Below are positions 61,687-64,000 of a stretch of DNA of 64,000 nt, in pieces. Under the pieces are notes generated by a model that saw only the letters and a program-made list of their open reading frames with translations, was not told the origin of the DNA and did no database searches. Source of the stretch: Candidatus Scatovivens sp. (lineage in GTDB: Bacteria; Bacillota; Clostridia; TANB77; CAG-508); assembly GCA_045646345.1 (NCBI GenBank), contig JAZRKN010000015.1:1-64000 (forward strand), read 5' to 3'. Each line of letters starts with the position of its first letter. Position 1 is the first letter of the stretch. A program made the translations under genes and the position numbers.

Positions 61687-61715
61687 ATTATACTACGGCT
61701 ACACGTGTTTGTCAA
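61687..61715 (-). promoter_or_regulatory. Sigma-A promoter of the S10 operon
   Basis: Minus strand TTGACA-17-TATAAT. Confidence 0.88.
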
Positions 61716-61834
61716 CACTTTTTTTGCATATTTTTTGTATATTTTTCGTGTCTTTTTGCTTCTTTTTTTATTTTAAAAATTATATAAAAAAGAAGTAAGT
61801 TTAAAACTTACTTCCTATATATATATATATTATT

Positions 61835-62875
61835 TTATTCAGCTAACAACGAACATTCTATTCCTGTTTTTCCTGATAATATTCCATTACTATATTTTAA
61901 CAAACTAACAGTTGGATCTCCAGCAGCATGTGGTATTTCTATAACAATTTCCATTATACCATCATTATCTACATCTATAATCTCTACATTATTTATAGAC
62001 AAATAATATTCAGCTCCCGACTTTTTCCATTTGCTTTTTTCAATTGAAGCTAAATCATTAACTTTTGAACCTTTTGCATCAAATAATGTTATTTTAGAGA
62101 AACCTGTTGATTTATTTGCTAATACTAAAATATATTCATCAGCACCATTTCCATCTAAATCAACAATTAAAGTTTTTATTGAATTATAATCAACAAGTTT
62201 TGGATTGTTCTCAGCTACAATCGTAGGAACTGTATTTACAACTTTTACTGCTCTTGGTATCGCATTGTAGTCTTCTGATATTGCAACTTTTCCAACTCCA
62301 TCAATTTTTACTAATCCATCATATAACTGACTAGAGAAAACACCTAACTTTGATTCTTTAAAACTATAATTTTCATAACTATAATATGTAATTATGTATT
62401 TATCACTTTCATCTTTTTTACTATCTAAATATTGAAGTTTTACTTCATCCATTTTTGTAGTATCTAATATTAATCCATTGTATAATACAACTAAAGATTC
62501 ATTCATTAATTTCTTTGTTGTTTCATCTGTAGTTGTTGTAACAGAATCTGATGGTGTTACTTCTGATATTGCTGAATCAATTATATTAGCAACAGTTCCT
62601 GCTTCATCTTCTTCAACAATTTCATCCTTTGTTAAATTAGATATTATTTCATTATATTGTTTATCATAATCATCTTTTGCGGTATGTATTAAATAATATG
62701 TCAAAGAACCCGTTCCTATAATTAAGATAATAAAAGCAAATAAAACGAAATTACCTACCGTTCCAATTTTTACTCTAAAATTTTCTTTTTCAGTTTCTTT
62801 TTTTTCGGCAACAATATTTTCTTTTTCAGTTTCTTTGTCTTTTTCTTCGATATCTTTTTTATTAAGTTCTTCCAT
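61835..62875 (-). CDS. Membrane-anchored hypothetical protein with FG-GAP/VCBS-like Ca-binding loops
   Basis: Single TM; DLDGNGADEY and DVDNDGIMEI motifs. Confidence 0.75.
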   Translation of the reverse strand: MEELNKKDIEEKDKETEKENIVAEKKETEKENFRVKIGTVGNFVLFAFIILIIGTGSLTYYLIHTAKDDYDKQYNEIISNLTKDEIVEEDEAGTVANIIDSAISEVTPSDSVTTTTDETTKKLMNESLVVLYNGLILDTTKMDEVKLQYLDSKKDESDKYIITYYSYENYSFKESKLGVFSSQLYDGLVKIDGVGKVAISEDYNAIPRAVKVVNTVPTIVAENNPKLVDYNSIKTLIVDLDGNGADEYILVLANKSTGFSKITLFDAKGSKVNDLASIEKSKWKKSGAEYYLSINNVEIIDVDNDGIMEIVIEIPHAAGDPTVSLLKYSNGILSGKTGIECSLLAE

Positions 62876-62947
62876 ATGTATCTCCTTTATATCTTTAGAA
62901 ATTTATTTTATAACACAGGCTATAATTTATAGTCTGTGTTACAAATA

Positions 62948-64000
62948 TTAAAAAACTCCAGAACTATTAATGTATTCTACAATTCTTGCAATTTCATTTG
63001 CCATTGTATCTTGATATTTAGGTTCATCTTTTATTTGAGAACCATCATAACCATATTTTTTCAAAAATCTATATGTTTCAACTTCTATAATTTCCATTCT
63101 AGACATTCTTCTTGGATCTAATGGTAAATTTCTACCCTCTTTTTCAAAGACTACTGTTTGAACTTTAGTTTCTAATACAACAAAGTTTCTTTTTAATTCA
63201 TCTCCAATTGCTTTTAAGTCCAAAACATCATTTTCAACCAATTCATCATCTTCATTTTCTGTAATGAACATTGTAATTTCTGCCATTAATTCATGAACAC
63301 TATAGTTATAAGCTAAACTTAATTTTTTTGATAAAGTTCTTCTAATTGCTGTTTGTCTTACTTCAATTTGTTCTAGCATAAATTCATCAAGTTTATTTTG
63401 TCCAGTAAATATTCCTATAAATCTACTAAATGTACTTTTATCTTCAATTATTTCACAATCATCTTTTAATTTTTTTAGTTCAGCTTCTCCTCTAATTTCT
63501 CTTATTCTTTCAGCAATACCTCTTTTTAATTCGTTTTCTTCGATTATTGCCATTTCATCAAAACGAGTAGCTCTACTATTTCTAGCAGCAATTTTTGGAT
63601 TGTTTAAATAATTTAGTAATGTACTTATTTCAATATTTGTTTTAGAGATTTTTTCTAATTTTTCATCTCTTTCTTTTATATCATCTAACTCTGAAACTAC
63701 ATTTACCTTTTGCTTAATATTTTTTACTAACCCTTGTAATGTTTCAGTAACTTTTCTCATTTCAAACGCATTATTTAAAGCGCTATATGTTGAACCAATA
63801 TTACCCGCAATTTTTGCATGATTTTGTTGTTTTGTTATTAAAACATTAATGTTCTCTAATAATTTATCAACTGCTTCAATATTTTCATCACATTCTTTTT
63901 TTACATTAGAAACTATAACATCTTCTTCTTTTTCAATTCCCATTTTTTCTTCTACAAGATTTAAGATTCTTGTTTTCTCTGCTTCATCTTCTTTTTCAGA
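62948..64000 (-). CDS. Hypothetical coiled-coil protein, 5' end outside the window
   Basis: The frame stays open from 63943 to 64000, so the ORF-track start is internal. Confidence 0.75.
   Translation of the reverse strand, partial: SEKEDEAEKTRILNLVEEKMGIEKEEDVIVSNVKKECDENIEAVDKLLENINVLITKQQNHAKIAGNIGSTYSALNNAFEMRKVTETLQGLVKNIKQKVNVVSELDDIKERDEKLEKISKTNIEISTLLNYLNNPKIAARNSRATRFDEMAIIEENELKRGIAERIREIRGEAELKKLKDDCEIIEDKSTFSRFIGIFTGQNKLDEFMLEQIEVRQTAIRRTLSKKLSLAYNYSVHELMAEITMFITENEDDELVENDVLDLKAIGDELKRNFVVLETKVQTVVFEKEGRNLPLDPRRMSRMEIIEVETYRFLKKYGYDGSQIKDEPKYQDTMANEIARIVEYINSSGVF

Overview
AT-rich Clostridia-like (Bacillota) chromosome segment, mostly coded on the minus strand. Left part: a sortase cluster with a repeat-rich adhesin, anaerobic ribonucleotide reductase nrdDG with a divergent Crp/Fnr regulator, and a ~6 kb tyrosine-integrase island in the 3' end of tRNA-Leu(TAG). 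The island has 12-bp att cores, repeated arm-type sites, a ~210-nt multibranch structure and exported-protein cargo. Middle: a Mn-type (yybP-ykoY) riboswitch upstream of a nucleotidase/P-type ATPase pair, orphan genes, tmRNA, dapA-dapB and a synthetase-only RelA/SpoT protein. Right part: the S10-spc-alpha ribosomal protein cluster, which lacks rpmD (L30). The most unusual signal is at 27.5-29.3 kb. Two adjacent, unrelated orphan genes share a boxA-like 5' leader (GTACATTGAAAACTKAATATGGAA) that is complementary to the sequence at each gene's own stop codon. Each ORF would therefore sit in the loop of a long-range stem resembling a pre-rRNA processing stalk. All calls come from reading the sequence by eye; no searches or folding programs were run.
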